DNA of 64,000 bases. Origin: the human T2T-CHM13v2.0 reference genome, Homo sapiens. The stretch lies in the NCBI RefSeq assembly GCF_009914755.1, contig NC_060927.1; one strand, 5' to 3'. The notes under the pieces are model-generated. The model searched no databases, had not been told where the DNA came from, and saw nothing but the letters and a program-made list of their open reading frames with translations. Both the position numbers and the translations under genes were made by a program. The stretch's first letter is position 1. Each line of letters opens with the position of its first letter. Positions 36,223-50,501 of this stretch are shown piece by piece.

Positions 36223-38770
36223 GGCCAGTGTGATGAAATATACTATTAATATATTATTAATGGCAATCATGTTAGTTTTCTATTTTTATTTCTGTTCCCA
36301 TGGCTTCTACAATAAATTACCACTAAGTTTTTGGTACCACTAATTTAGTAGCTTAAAACAACACATACATATGTATAGACTATGTGCATTGAAGAAATAA
36401 TCCTAATGCAATATGAAAAATAAAACTTTCATACCTTTCAGTACCTTTTTCCCAGAAGTTTGACAATTTGAAAATTTACTCTTCCAGATAATTCCTGTGC
36501 ATGTATAAGCATAAATAGATACTTAGTGTTTTTTAAACAAGTAGGACTATACTGTGCTTATTGTTCTATGCTTGGGTATTTTTTTTTGCATGTTTCTTGC
36601 ATATGCCTAAATTATTTTATCTTATTGTCTATTTAAGCTGATTTCAGGTTTTTGTACTTGATCATTATAGTTAAATAGGGATAAATGTAAAATTCTTTAT
36701 CCTCAAACAAGCTCCATCGATGGAGAAGAACCTATCAGCACAAGTGGTAATGTGGTTATTTGCACTCTCCAGCTCCAGGCTAGAGCATGTGATATGTGCA
36801 ATGTTCCGTCCTGGGGGGGTCATGCTTTAAAGGGGTCTTTGCTGAGTTGAAGCAGCCAGTGAAGCCGTGGAGACTTGCCAGTGGTGGTGAAAGGTTACAT
36901 AACTGGGAGGCCCCGCAGCTGCACCCATGCAGCTCCTCCGGTGTGCACGCTTGTTCCAGCTCTTCCTTTTACCTGGGCAGCTCCTACCCATATGTAAAAA
37001 GGCTTGGTGTACATCTCACTTCCCCTGTGAAGCCTGATCATGCCTAGGCTGTGAACCTCTCCTGGGCCTGGGGCTCTGCACATGGGCGGGACACAGGGTG
37101 GGCTGCAGAACTGAAATGTGGTGAACCGGTCAGGGACTTTACTGGTGCAAGTCACAGAAAGTCTAACTGGCCCTCAGTAAGTGGTTCCCAGGAGGCCATC
37201 AGGATGTCAAGGGGAGGCAGGTGTTGGACTCCAGGCCTGCTAAACGTACTCTCAGAGACTCAGAACTGTTCACCCCCTACCTGTCCAGTGTCCTCCTTAG
37301 GCACCTCTTCCTTCTGTCCTTTTCCCTAGTGGCAACTTTGTTTCTCTCCTGGAGCTGTGGAGTTACTCTTGACAGACTGGAGGGGAGAAGTCCTGAGGGG
37401 TGAGCCTGGGAATGGGGCAGGAGGAAAGAGACTGGTGTGCAGAAGGGACTTACACATGTCGCAACATTTAATGAGGAGGGGTAGAGCAGCAGTTCCTGGG
37501 AGAAAGAACTCCCATGGCGGGCAGGAAATGAGGCTCAGTGGAAGACCCCACTGGGAAGCTGGCAGGCAGACCAGTGTGGTCAGGCCATGCAGAAGGGACC
37601 TGGGGGGCTACTCAAAGTTACCTAATGGAGTGAAGATGAATTTTTCTCATTGAAGTGGAAAAACTGCTGATTTTTATCAGGGCAAGTTGGTTAGAGTGTT
37701 AGTTAAACCATCTGTCAAAGCTCATTTAGTTGTCAAAATTAAATCATTTTCCTCCACTTCCTAGTGGATTGGTTATAATGATAACTTTCTTGGCATGACA
37801 TTTATCATCTTGGTCCAAAGGCAGTCGGGGGTATGGGGCTGGGAAGAGGGCAGGAATGTAATGCATAGAGTGATACGCCTGTTCCTTTTGTGGTAGAAAG
37901 ATGCTATTTTAATACTGTTTAATTTTTATTATCACTTATAATATTAGTGTGCATTTTGCTGTAACTGCACCTGGTTTCAAAGCAGGACAAAACCCATGGC
38001 CATATTAATAAAGGAGGGTGAAGGGAAGAGCTGGGTTAGTGCCCCTTGTCTGGTGCTTCAGATGGTAGGAGAGGTTGATCCTGCAGGCCGACTGATTTAA
38101 TGCCCTGATTTCCAGCTTAGGTTTCATATGCCAGTCATAAAGTGTAAGAAATAAATATCCTAAAACAATTATTTTTTTTAAAAAGTTTGGCTTATAAGCA
38201 AAATATCTAAAAACATTTCTAATTTTTATACAGAAGAGGAAAAAATAATCAGATAATCATTGATTTTGTTTTTTGTTTTTTTTTGGGGGAGGTAAGTCAT
38301 ATATATGGTTGGGAAATTCTAACAGCACGAAAGTTACAAAATGAAGAGTAGGAGCCTCTCCTCCTCTATCCCAAACCCATTCTTTATAACCATTATTAAC
38401 AATTTTTCTGAATTTTCCCAGAAACAATTTTATGCATATACTCACGTATATAAGTGTATAAAGCTATTTTAAAAATTATACTCACAAGAAATGGTTGTTT
38501 TATTATTGTGATCTTACAAATATTTCTCAGCATGTATATTTACATCTGTCTCACTTCAGTGTTTCATAAATACCCTGTTATATGGCTGTACCATATTATT
38601 TAACCAGTATTTTAGTGCCATTGATGGACTGTTGCCTTTTAAAAAAAATTACAGTTGATGCTGCATAAACATCCCATTGTATGTAACTTGATGGACTTGT
38701 ATGAGTATATCCATGGGTAAATCCTTAAAAATTGTGATTACTGCATCAAATGATATATTGCTTTGCATTT

Positions 38771-38924
38771 TTTTAAACATTATTATTATTATTACTATTA
38801 TTATTTTGTAGAGACGGAGGTCTCACTTTTTTGTCCAGGCTAGTCTCAAACTCCTGGACAACAGGAGCAATCCTCCCGTCTACCAAAGTGTTGGGATTAT
38901 AGGCATGACCCACTGCACCTGACC
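38771..38924 (-). mobile_element. Free left Alu monomer (FLAM-like) with (ATT)n tail and 11-bp TSD
   Basis: Only the left monomer is present. TSD GCTTTGCATTT at 38760-38770 and 38925-38935. Confidence 0.88.
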
Positions 38925-40366
38925 GCTTTGCATTTATAATGTTGATAAATATTGCCTAATTTCCCTCCAGAAAGGTGGTATCAAGTTACATTCCTACAAC
39001 AGTATGTGAGATGGCCCACGTCCCCAGACTTCTTCCCAAATTAAGGATCATCAGTCATTTCAATTTTTACCTGACCTGATAGGTGAAACAAGGTAGTATT
39101 TCCTTGCTACTCCATTTGCATTTAATTTTTGAATGAGGTTATCTTTGCATATGTTTATTGTCCATTTGCATTTCATTGTCTATAGATTACCTGTTTATGG
39201 TCTTTGCCCATTTTTATACTAGGCTGTTTCTTTCTTATTAATTAATATAAATTCTGTGAGTGAGGAAATGAGCTCTGTGTCAGTTGTGTGGTAAATAACT
39301 ACTGTACCTTCTCTCATTAAACTTTTGACTTGGTTTTTTTTATCCATTTAGAAGTTTTACATACTTACAGAGACTAATTTGTCATTCTTTTATGACCTCT
39401 GTGTTTTCTGTCCTGCTTAAACTGGCCTCCAAGATTATAAATTCACCCATACGTTCTTCTGAAATTGTTTTCATTCTTTCATTCTTTTGCATGTAGCCTA
39501 CCTTTATTTTGACACAAGGAGAAAGCACAGTATCTAACTTTATTTTCCCATGTTAACTAGTAGCACCAGCACCACTTGTTGGTAATCCTTCTTTTACTCC
39601 CGATTTAAAATGCTACCTTTGTTAAGAATTTAAGTCCATCTCTGAGCTTTTTTTATTGTTGTCTTATTGATCTGTTCACATTTTTTCTTCCATGCCAGTG
39701 TTTCTTTTCTTTTTGATTCTTACAGTTTCATAATAGGTTTTTTTTTTTTTTCTGGAAAGGCTAGTCCCTGCCTCTCAACCCTCCCTATTTCTCCTTTTGT
39801 TTTTTCTGAGTGTCTGTAGCTACTGGTGCATTTTTCAGATGAACTTTAATATTACTTTTAATTGCCAAAAAATAATTTTTGGTATTATAATTTGAATTGA
39901 GTTGAATATAGATGTAATATAAAGAGAGTTTACATCATTATAATATCTAATTTTCCTGAGAGCATTGTCTTTCTTTCCACTTACTTAGAGTTTCTGAGTT
40001 TTTTTCAAATAGATCCTGTACATTTCTTAAGTTTATATTTAGGCATTTTGGTTGCTATTATTAATGTGATTTTTATTTTCGTTATAATTTAAAATTTTTC
40101 TTTGTTTAGAATAGCTGTTGATTTTAAAATATAATCCTGTAACCCGCCACCTTCCCAAAACAGACTTCGGTATTGTTTTTATTGTCTTTTCCGTTGATTC
40201 TCTTGAGTTTTCTAGGTATATAATTATATCATTGGCAAACAGTGACAATTTCCATTCTTCCTTTTAAATGTTTAGACCTTCAATTTTATTTGCTTATCTT
40301 ATTACATTGCTTAGTAGTTCTAGAACAATGTTAAATGGCAGGCATCTTTTCGTTGTTTGTAATTTT

Positions 40367-40691
<325 letters not shown>

Positions 40692-41560
40692 TGAGTGTTT
40701 TATCATTAAGTAAGGTGATGGCTTTTCGATCTCATTTATCTTTTCTCTCATCATAAGGAAATACTCATTTATTTTTATTTTTTTAAATCAAGAATTATTT
40801 TTAATTTTGGAAAAACCTTCATGGCGTATTTTGGAGTGATTTATGGTTTTTGTCTTTTGACCTTTTACTATGCTGTTATATTAATATGTTTTCTAGTATT
40901 GCATTCTGGAAGGTATCCTACTTAGTTGTATTCTGGTCTTTCAATAATATTTATATTATTCTTTCAGTAATATTTATGTCATAATTGAAATGTCTGGTTG
41001 GCAATTTTTGTCATGTCAAGTCTTGGTATTAGTATGCTAGCCTCACAAAAAGGATTTGGAAGGTTTTCTCCTTTATTCTTTTTAAACAGTTAAAATAGTT
41101 ATCTATTCCTTAGAAGATTGAAGAAATTTGTCTCTCAAACCATCTGAATTTGATACTTTTTGGGGGTAGCACTTTAATAACTTAAACTTTTCCTTTGTAT
41201 TATTAGTCTTTTGTTTCAGTCTCTGCCAGGGATAATTTTGACATAACATTTTCCTAGAAAATTATCTATTAAGTTATATCTTCAAATTCATTTGTATCTA
41301 GTTTTGCAAAGTAAACTTTCTTATATGTAGTAATTTTCTTTTTTAAAATTTCTAACTTTGTGTATTTGGGCTTTACTGGTTTTTAAGAACTTGCAATTGC
41401 ATTTATCTATCAATTCTATTATTCCATATTTTCTAATAGAATAATTTGTGCTTTTATCTTTGCTATGTATTTCTTTCATTGGGTAATTTGTCTTTTTGCT
41501 AGTTTCTTGACTTAAAGACTAAATACATTGATCATATAATAGTTACCTAGGTGTTTAAGG

Positions 41561-41598
41561 TTGTGAATGTCCTTTGAGCTTGTGAATGTCCTTTGAGC
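41561..41598. repeat. Perfect 19-bp tandem duplication (ttgtgaatgtcctttgagc x2)
   Basis: 41561-41579 is identical to 41580-41598. Confidence 0.95.
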
Positions 41599-42297
41599 AC
41601 CGTTTTAGTTGCATTCCACTGTATGTTACTTTCTAGATATCCTGCAACTTCTCTTTTGCATCCTTCTTTAACTCGAGTTATTTAATGAGAAAATCGTCTC
41701 ATTTCCAAGTTGTTTGGTTTTTTTCCCCTCTTTGTTTTGTCATGCATTTAAAGTTTTTATTGCACTGTGAAGGGAGAATATGGTCTGTGTCATGTCAGCT
41801 GTTTGGAGTTTATTGAGTTTTCCTTGTGGCCTAATATATGATTTTGTAAATGATCCAATGGCTTTTAAAAAGAAGAGTTATTCTGTTATAAGAATATAAA
41901 GTTTGAGATAAACCCCCCACCTTATAATATAGGTCTTAGTTCAAACTAATCACTTATTTTATAAATTGTTTGTTTTTGCATTGCCTACAATTTGTGCTTT
42001 ACAAATTTTGTTGCTCTGCCTTTTGATATATAAATATTTACTATTCATATCCTCACTGTAAATTAAGCCCTTCATTAACCATTAGTGGCCCCTTTGACTC
42101 ATTTAACCTCCTCTGCCTAGAATTCAGGCTTGTTAGATTTAAATTTGGCAATCCAGTTTTCTATTTGTTAACGTAATCTATCTTTTTTTTACTTTTCACC
42201 TTTCTGAGTCATTTTGTTTTAGATGTGATTCTTGTTTACAATATATAGTAGCTTTTTAAAATCAAAATCATTTTTAAAAGTTCTAAAAAAACTTTTT

Positions 42298-42540
42298 GAA
42301 CCTCAGTTTCCCCATCTGTAAAATGGGTAGTTGAAAGTACCTATTGGATAAGATAAGATTTGTGCTACTCACTTTACATATATCTTCTCATTTAATTCAC
42401 GTAAAGCTATCCTTTCAAGGTACTTCTTATATTTTTTGTCAGATGAGAAAACTGACTTAGGAAGGTGACTTTTCCAAGGTCACTCAATTGCTAATTGGTT
42501 GAGCTGTGATTCATCCCCAATCCAAGGCTTTCTAAATTCT
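42298..42540. mobile_element. Two MIR fragments in opposite orientation
   Basis: cctcagtttccccatctgtaaaatggg (+), then tcatttaattc...cagatgagaaaactga...tccaaggtcac (-). Confidence 0.7.
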
Positions 42541-44034
42541 AAAATCTTTCTACTTAGCCCATACGGCAGCATCGCACCATGGGTGAAACCCCAGGTCACC
42601 CTGCGTGAAATGGTTCCTAGCTTTTAAGACAAGTTGTAGCAAGCAGGGTAACCTGGTAACTAGGCTCACTTTTGGACTTAATTGGAACCAGACTGCAGGG
42701 GGCTCAAGGGTCAGGCTAGCAGTCTTCTCACCAGTACGTCCTACCTGCCCCACCTTCCCAGAATGAGAGCAGCTCTGCTGCTGGGTGTGGGGCCTGGCCA
42801 CACATGGGGCCTTGCCTGCCCCTGCCCTCTCCAAGCTTTTCCCAAGGCTGGCAGGCACCCTCTGAGCACTGTTTCTAGCCTCAGCTCCATGTGACAGTCA
42901 GAGACAGCAGATGGAGCCAAAGACTTGGAGAAAAATGACACCCAGTTCAGAGTCCATGTTCCCTGGGGCCCAGACCCCAGTGTTGAATGTGGAGGAAAGG
43001 GCTTGGTTTATTGTTGGGGGTGGAGATTAGCAGGGGCTTTTCTTGTACCCTCTCCCTGTGGTGATTATGTCTAGGTATCAGTGAGGAAGAGGGACCCAGC
43101 GGGGCCCAGCTAGCATGAAAACTTCCTGGAAGTTAAGGCCTGGCTCCCACAGGGTGCCTGATGAGCCTTTATAAAATATCTAGAGGCATACCCTATGTCC
43201 ACTTGGTCTCTATTCCTCCAGGCCTGTGGTTCCAGTAGGGGTTCAGCGAATATTGGCTGGATGAACTGGGCAAAGTATTGACTGAGCTGCTTTATTCGCA
43301 ACAAGAACAGACAGGAAAGTGTATTTAGACTGACTCCTGCAGCATCTGGCACTGGGCATTAAGAGAAATAGTGCTCAGCCTGTGCACACATTGGGCAGGG
43401 TATCAGTCCAGCTGCAATACTTTCACCTGTGTGAGTGGGGCCATCACTAAGTCTCCTAGGGTCTTCTCTGTAAAGTGGAGATGATGCTGACTGTGGAGTT
43501 GGCCCTGACCTTGTGCCATTTTCAAGGATGATGAAGATGCTTTTGATTGTGCGCTCTCCCTGTAGGCCTCTCCTGGGCTTTGTGGCAGGCGAGAGCACAT
43601 GCTTGTTGGAGCTCTGTGAGGCCCAGGCAGTGCCTGGTTCCCTGGGGTCACCTGGGCATAACAGTGCCCATCTTGTCAGTTGAACTGTGTGGCTAAGGGT
43701 GAAAGACTAAGTAGTTGGAACTCACGGCAACTTGCACACATGCTCTGCGCCCACAGTTAAGTATAGTTGGAAAAGTGGTGCTCTCAGCAGTGACCTCAGT
43801 CTCTGTCATTCAGACCCAGGAGTGGGTCTCAGAAGAGGCTGGAGGCCAAGCTTGGCCGTAGCTCTGCTCTTATTATATGATGCCCAGTGGCCCAGGTTCC
43901 TGACCACTCAGACTGGAAGAGCCAAGTCATCCTGGCAGGGGCCAAGGCTCTGACCTCAGTCCTTCTTGGTGCCAGCTTAGTGTGTGTGCCAGGCTGGATT
44001 GGATGTGTCAGGGGAGGGGGAATTGGGAGAAGAC

Positions 44035-44240
44035 ATAGCTTTCCTTGAGTATCTACTGTGTGCCACGTGCTGAGCTAGGCTCTCCAAGTACTAATTTCTG
44101 ATCCTCTCAGGAATCTTCCAAAGCTGGGACTCTTATCCCCTCTTTGCAGCTGGAAAAACTGAAGCCAAATGCCATTTAATCGCACAGCTATTGAGTGAGA
44201 ACCAGTAAGCCAGTCCCCCAAAACCTAAGCTTTACCCCTC
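44035..44240 (-). mobile_element. MIR SINE
   Basis: ttgagtatctactgtgtgcca...ttatcccctctttgcagctggaaaaactgaagc. Confidence 0.65.
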
Positions 44241-47200
44241 ATGCCAATAGCTTTTAAACATTTTTAGCTAAAGAACTTGAATATCAAATTTTATGAAGAA
44301 TCCCCACAAATACAACCTATAGAAAGGGAGCCAGTCTGGCTGAAATGCAAATGGGTGACTTGGGCCCTTCTGTTCCTGCCCCTCCTCACACCTATGGCAG
44401 CCCCAGGACTCCCTGGGAACACAAGGCTCCTTGGAATCCAGTTTGGAAATGGGTCCTGTGCCCTAGAACCATGGATGGGAGAGCTCAAGACACCGCCCCT
44501 GCTGTCTGCAGGTGCATAGAGCCGGAGCTTTAGCTTCCCCGTCTGTGAAATGGAGCTGCTGATCCCTGTCTTGCAGCCTGCTAAAGAGAGTCCGTGAGGT
44601 GTGTTTGTTTTGTTTTGTGTTTTGTTCTTTTGAACTGAAAATTGAGGTGTTTCAACTATGGTTGAGAACCTACTGGCTGCCAGATAGTCAACTAGGTGTT
44701 TGTACGCATGATCTCATTCGGAAAGACTGCCTTCGCCCATGAGCAAGAGTGTGAAAGTGAAGGTTTATTTGTTCACGAGAGGGTGATGGAACAGCTTGTC
44801 ACAAACTGTAAGTGTAGTCCTGGCACATGGCTTGGAGAGGACCTGAATTCCGGTGGGTGGCTGTGGAAGTGGAGAGGAAGAGCTGACAGAGACTCTGCCC
44901 TGAACAGCTGTCAGCACCTGGTGGAGACTGAGCAGGTGCAAAGAGGGCAGAGGGGAGGCGATAGCTGAGAGAGGGCCAGCTGGCGTTTGGAGTTAGAGGA
45001 AGAAATGGGAAAGGAGGAAGCCTAGAGCAGGAAAATCAAGGATAATGTCCTTTCTGGATGAGAGGGGTCAGCGCACAGAGGCTAGAGAGAAGAGAGAGGC
45101 CCCTGCTGCTGTCTGCTGAACGCTTACTGGGGCCATGTACATAACCAGTGTACCCAATGAGTAGGACCTAAGCCTTTATTTTCAGATGGGGAAACTGAGG
45201 TTCAAAGGAGAAACTTTTACCAGTAAGTAAAAGACCATCGGTTCTGGCCATAAGTCATGGTGACTTTAGCTGTGAAGATTCAAATTAGAGGATGCTGGCA
45301 GAGGGTGAAAGCAAGCTGAGAAAGGCTAATGCCTAGGGAGTGAGGCATAAGTCAGAATCACTTGGGAGTTTTGTGCCCAGCCAGAGAAACCCCTACTCCT
45401 TCAGGTGTGGAGCTTCTGGAAACTCTTCTCTACTCAAGAAGGGCAGAGGTGCTTTGCAGGAAGGGCCTGGACACACCGATTCTTGGCGCCCACTCTGGGG
45501 CCTCAGAGTTCCCCACTCTCCTGACCTAGCCTGGCTTGGCCTGCTGAGGTGCTGGATGCCACACTCTGTGATCTTATTCAAATGTCAGCTTTTCCTAGCA
45601 TTAACATCCATTGACCCATTTAAAATAGACACACTTGGAGAAGGAAATCAAAAAGCAAAACAAAGGAGCAGTTGCTTTTCCAATCACATACACCTTGTGC
45701 AGCTTAATGAAGTCATAACAGAACCAAAGGCAGGTGCGGTATCTGTGCTTTTCAGGGAGAAAAGCAGGTGTCACCATTGTCATCTGGATGCCCTTTGGCC
45801 ACAGCATTTTTAGACCATCTGAGGCACTGCCAAGAATATTCCTGTGGCTTAGTGATGAGCCTTTTGGCAAGGTTAGGAAATTAGAACTCACCTTAGTTGT
45901 GTATTTAATTAAGGGTAGGGAGAAAGTCACAGGATTTCCTTTTTCTCTCCTTTCCCTCTGGAAGCAAGGGGCCACATACAACCATCTCCGCATCTTTCAG
46001 CTTTGACTGCTCCTGCCCCGTAATCTTGACTCCTGGAGGTTGTGGCTTTTACTCACTCTCTTAGTTTGGCTTCTTGAGAGTTTCTAAAATTGTACAAGGT
46101 CATAGCCAAGAGATTGCCTCTTAGCAACCTCGTGCCAGTGGCCTTGCGCCTATCCCCTGGTCTCCCACACTTACAGGAGGCCCACAGAGAGAGTCATGCT
46201 GCTGTTTTCTTTGTAGGCACACAACAGAACAGTGTTTTCCAACCTTTTCCTCATAATCACTGTACAGATAGACTGTATCATGACCCAATGCACATGCAGG
46301 TGGAGAAAGTGAAAGGCTTTACAAAATAGTATCCTTACCTCCTGACTTCCATTGCATTGCATTCTACTCCAATTTTTTATTTTCCTTTTCACTTGAAAAC
46401 CACTGGTCTTAATGCACTGCATTGCCACCTCAGTTTGGAAACCTGCAGTAGTGCTCAGGCTCTGGAGGTCAGGCCCCTGTGCTCTGCTGCCCCACCCTGC
46501 CCACCTGGCAAGCAGGTCTGGAGGCCTCTGTCCCTCAGCTGGTCTCAGCAGTACTGGCTGCAGGTGACTATTACAGTGGCAGTGGCTGGGGAGGCCTTCT
46601 ATTGATGCAACATTCTGTGTGGGGAAAGGCCCACTTGATAAAACTGTTTGGTTTTACTTAAAAGGAGTGTAGGTGAGGAAACAAACTACACAACAATGTG
46701 AATGAACTGGAAAAGTAAGAAAAGATAATGCAGGTGATATCCTTCTAAGAAAATTTTTAAAATTAAAATTCAGATTTAGACCAATGTGTTTTAGAAAAGG
46801 ACTAACCATGAGATTCCCTCTAATTGCATGGTCTCCTCATTCATTGAAAATGTAGTTATTTTTACAGAAATCTGACCTTTCTGCAATTTTCAACTGTGGA
46901 CCCATGTGAAGTGTAACTAATTCTCCTTTCACAGCATTCACCTTCCTCTTCGGTAATGCTGAGCCCCATTCTGGGTCTGCCATTTTACTACAGAGGAGAG
47001 AATTTGAAAGGTGGTCAGAAGAAGCATGGACATGTTAAATGTTTGGAAACCAGATTCCTGTAGGGAAGGAGGGAAGGATTTTAGCTCCACAGTTGTGTTC
47101 TGAGTGCCAGCTAATGGGGCTAGCCCTCTACGTCCCACTAAAAGCCTGCATGGTCCCGTGACCTTCAGGGCACAGCTCCAAACTTGAAGTGTGTGGCTGG

Positions 47201-47839
47201 CAGCCTGTCTTCCTCTGCAGCCATGCATGGGGAGCTTCAGGCCCACGGAGCTAGTTTGGTTCCCTGTCCAGCAGCTGCCTTGTCCTTTCAGGCTTCGGTA
47301 GCACTCTTTCTTTTGTGACCTGGGGCCAAGGACTTCACCTTTCTGTGCCTCCATCTCTTTTCAGAGTGTTTCTGAGCATACATTGATTATTCATGTGCTT
47401 GGAGTGGGCACTCAGGAGTGTTCCTTGTTGTTTTGCAAGGGACGCCCTTTCCAGCCCTGACCATTTGAAACACTCTTAGAAATATTTCAAAATCCAGCTC
47501 TTACGTCCCACCTCTTCCTGGGAGCTGCATCTGTCCTGAGGATGGAGTTGAGCTCTGCTCCTTATCATAGCCCAGTCACCCCTCTTCCCGCTTGACTCTG
47601 TGCTGCTTAAGAGAAGGCTCCCAACCTCTCTATGTTGGAATCCCCAGCACCTAGTACCGTGCCTGGCCCACAGTCAGTGCTCATCAATGCTGATTTGTCC
47701 CTGAATTCACATGAGGGATAAGAAAAGCTTCATCCCATTTCCACCTCTGATGGATTGGCTGTACCGTCAAGAGTTCCATGTTGAGAAGATTCTGAGACAG
47801 AACTTGAGAAAGGGAAAGACCCCACTATGTGGCAGATAC

Positions 47840-47990
47840 AAAGCCAAGCATTTTACATGCCTTTTCTTCTGATTTAACCCTAGACAACCCTGTGAAGTAG
47901 GGACTGTTATCATCTCTCTCTGAGATGAGAGAACCAGAGCTCCTGAGTTACACAGAAGTGGGCAGTGCTGGGTCTCAGACAGGCAGGGTC
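47840..47990 (-). mobile_element. MIR SINE
   Basis: atttaaccctagacaaccctgtgaagtagggactgttatcatc...gatgagagaaccagagc. Confidence 0.65.
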
Positions 47991-49950
47991 CCCGCTGCTG
48001 CCCCAAGCACCTGGACCTAGGCCAGCTCTCTCTCCTGGAGTTTTGGTCCTGTCCAACTGCTGGCTACTTCCATGCGCAGAGGATGGAGTAGCGGGATCCC
48101 ACCGCCTTTGTGTCACCAGACTGCGCTGGAATAGGGGAGCCTTTGTTTGGTGTGGGCACCCACCGGGGTTCAGAATACCAGTGTTTAGAAGAGGCTCCGC
48201 CTTCACCCTCCAAGGAAGGACAGAGGCGTCCATGGTTGTTGAAAAGCGGAATGTTCCCGCTAATGAGAAACAGTTGAGAGATGGGTGGGCCACCATCCTT
48301 GTGGCAGGCCCTGTGTCCTGACCTGCTTGTCAAGGTACAGATGACAGGCAGGGCTACAGCAGGTGTGGCTTCCTCTAGCTGGATTGGCAAAGGGACCTGG
48401 GCCAGGCTGTGGGGAGGAGGGAGAAGGCCCTCTGCAATTTTTCTTTTCTCTTCCCTTTTCTTTTCCTTAACCATTTAGCTGTATCTTTTAGTAAAAGAAT
48501 ACCCAGAAGACAGTTTTTCTGCATTACCATATATAGAAAATTCTAAACTTCTAGAAAGAGATAGTTCCCTGGGAAGATGGTCTGGTTTGAGGGTGAGCAT
48601 TAACTTTGGACTCATACAGCCCTTGGTTAAAGTCTAGGGTTACCATTTCTTGGCGGTGTGAACTTGGTCAAGTCAAGTAGCCTCCGTAGGTCTCAGCCCC
48701 CTTGTCTGTAAGTTATTTCCATGCCATAGCATTGTGATGAGGATGACCATGGGAAGCACCTGGGATGTTGTAGAATCTGGGTAGAAACTGGTTTTTCCTA
48801 TTCCTGCCAGCTCTTGGAAAAGGCTACATCCTGGCTCTCCCAGCCAGTTGATAGTGTGCCTCTCCCTGAAAGAGAAATTGATGTCTCCTGCCAACATCCA
48901 ATTGGGGGAGTCCAGGAAAAGGGCAGTTGTCTGGGTAACCATTTGTGAAAGCCAAGGACAGGGCAAAATGGAGATGCAAGGAAGGGTTTATCCTCCTGGC
49001 AACAGGGTTGCACTCATGTTTCTGGTCGATGCAGCTTTGTGCTTCTTGCCTTTCCATGCCATGTGGGAGCCACGGGTGGCATGTTGCATTCAGTTAGTGA
49101 CCAGGCTGCATCTTCAGAGCCCAGGCATCCCTGTCACCATCTAAGCTAGTTGGTCAGCCAGCCAGGTCTGGCAGGTAGGCCTCCCACTCCCAGAGTCTAT
49201 GGATGCCACACCCAGGACTCAGGCATGAGGAGGTCCACTTTGGGAACCTGACTTCACCGCTGCCTGGTAACGGGGCTTTGGCAAGTCAGGCTCTTGGCAT
49301 CTCCATTTTTAACAGGGCACTTGTAACCAGGACATCCTCATGAGCACAGCAGAGAACTGTTCCCGGGCTCTCATGAGATGTGTGAGAAGGCCCCTCATGT
49401 GGACATATATGAATGTAGCACATTTTTGTTAGTTTACTTTGAAAAGGTAATACTGGCAGATGGTTAAAAAGGCAAAAGATGCCAAGGTTATGCAGTGATT
49501 AGAGTTAAGTCTCCCTGACAACCCCCTGTCTTGGGTCCCTGGTCTCTCCCTCCTAGGCAGCCACTGCTGCTGCCATTCTGGTGATAACCTCTGCATGTGG
49601 AAGCTTATGTATCTCCCCCTGTTTCTTACACCAGGCCCTACCCAGTGTGCTACCCCTTGCTTTTATCTCCTCCACTCTAGATGCAAGATGGTTCTACATC
49701 TGTACATGTGGATGTCTGTTTAGCCTCTGCCTAGGAATCTACCGTAAGGACATGCTGCTCTCTCTCTCCCTCTCATTGAGGCATAGAGTAGTTGTTTGGA
49801 GAGCACGTTAACCAACTGTTGGTAAGAACAGCTGTGTGTATCCTGTCTGCTTTGAGGTTTCAGTGGCTCAATGTCCTTGAGAGCAGTTTTTAGGGAGTTA
49901 TCCAGAAAATGTTTAGCAAATAAGGAACTCTTTCTTTTTTCTCTCTGGTG

Positions 49951-50501
49951 CAGGATTTCTGAAGCTCAACATTGTTGACATTTTATTTTATTATTTTATT
50001 TATATTTATTTTATTTTTTGAGACAGAGTCTTACTCCATCACCCAGGCTGGAGTGCCATGGTGGAATCTCTGCTCACTGCAACCTCCGCCTCCCAGGTTC
50101 AAGCTATTCTTGTGCCTAAGCCTCCTGATTAGTTGGGATTACAGGTGTGCACCACCACACCTGGCTCATTTTTGTCGTTTTTGTAGAGATAGGGTTTTGC
50201 CATGTTGGCCAGGCTGGTCTTGAACTCCTGGCCTCAAGTGATCCTTCCACCTGTGCCTCCCAAAGTGTTGGTATTACAGGCATCAGCCATTGCTCCCAGC
50301 CTGTTGACATTTTTCTACCTGATAATTTTTTGCTATGAAGGCTGTCCTGGGCATTGTAGGATGTTTAGAAACATCCCTGTCTGTACCCAGTAGATATCTA
50401 TAACACCCCCACCCACCATGTGACGACCAAAAATGTATCCAGGTCCAGACATTGCCAACTTTCCCAGAGGTGGGGGAGTCACCCCAGGTTGAGAACCACT
50501 G
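49951..50501 (-). mobile_element. MER20 DNA transposon split by an Alu insertion
   Basis: Left terminus caggatttctgaagctcaaca; resumes after the Alu with gctgtcctgggcattgtaggatgtttag...agacattgcca...ggttgagaaccactg. Flanks ctctggtg / ctccagtg resemble an 8-bp hAT TSD (6/8). Confidence 0.88.
49985..50301 (-). mobile_element. Full-length old Alu (Jb/Sz-like) with 12-bp TSD
   Basis: Complete dimer in reverse with a (TTTTA)n tail. TSD TGTTGACATTTT at 49973-49984 and 50302-50313. Confidence 0.95.
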
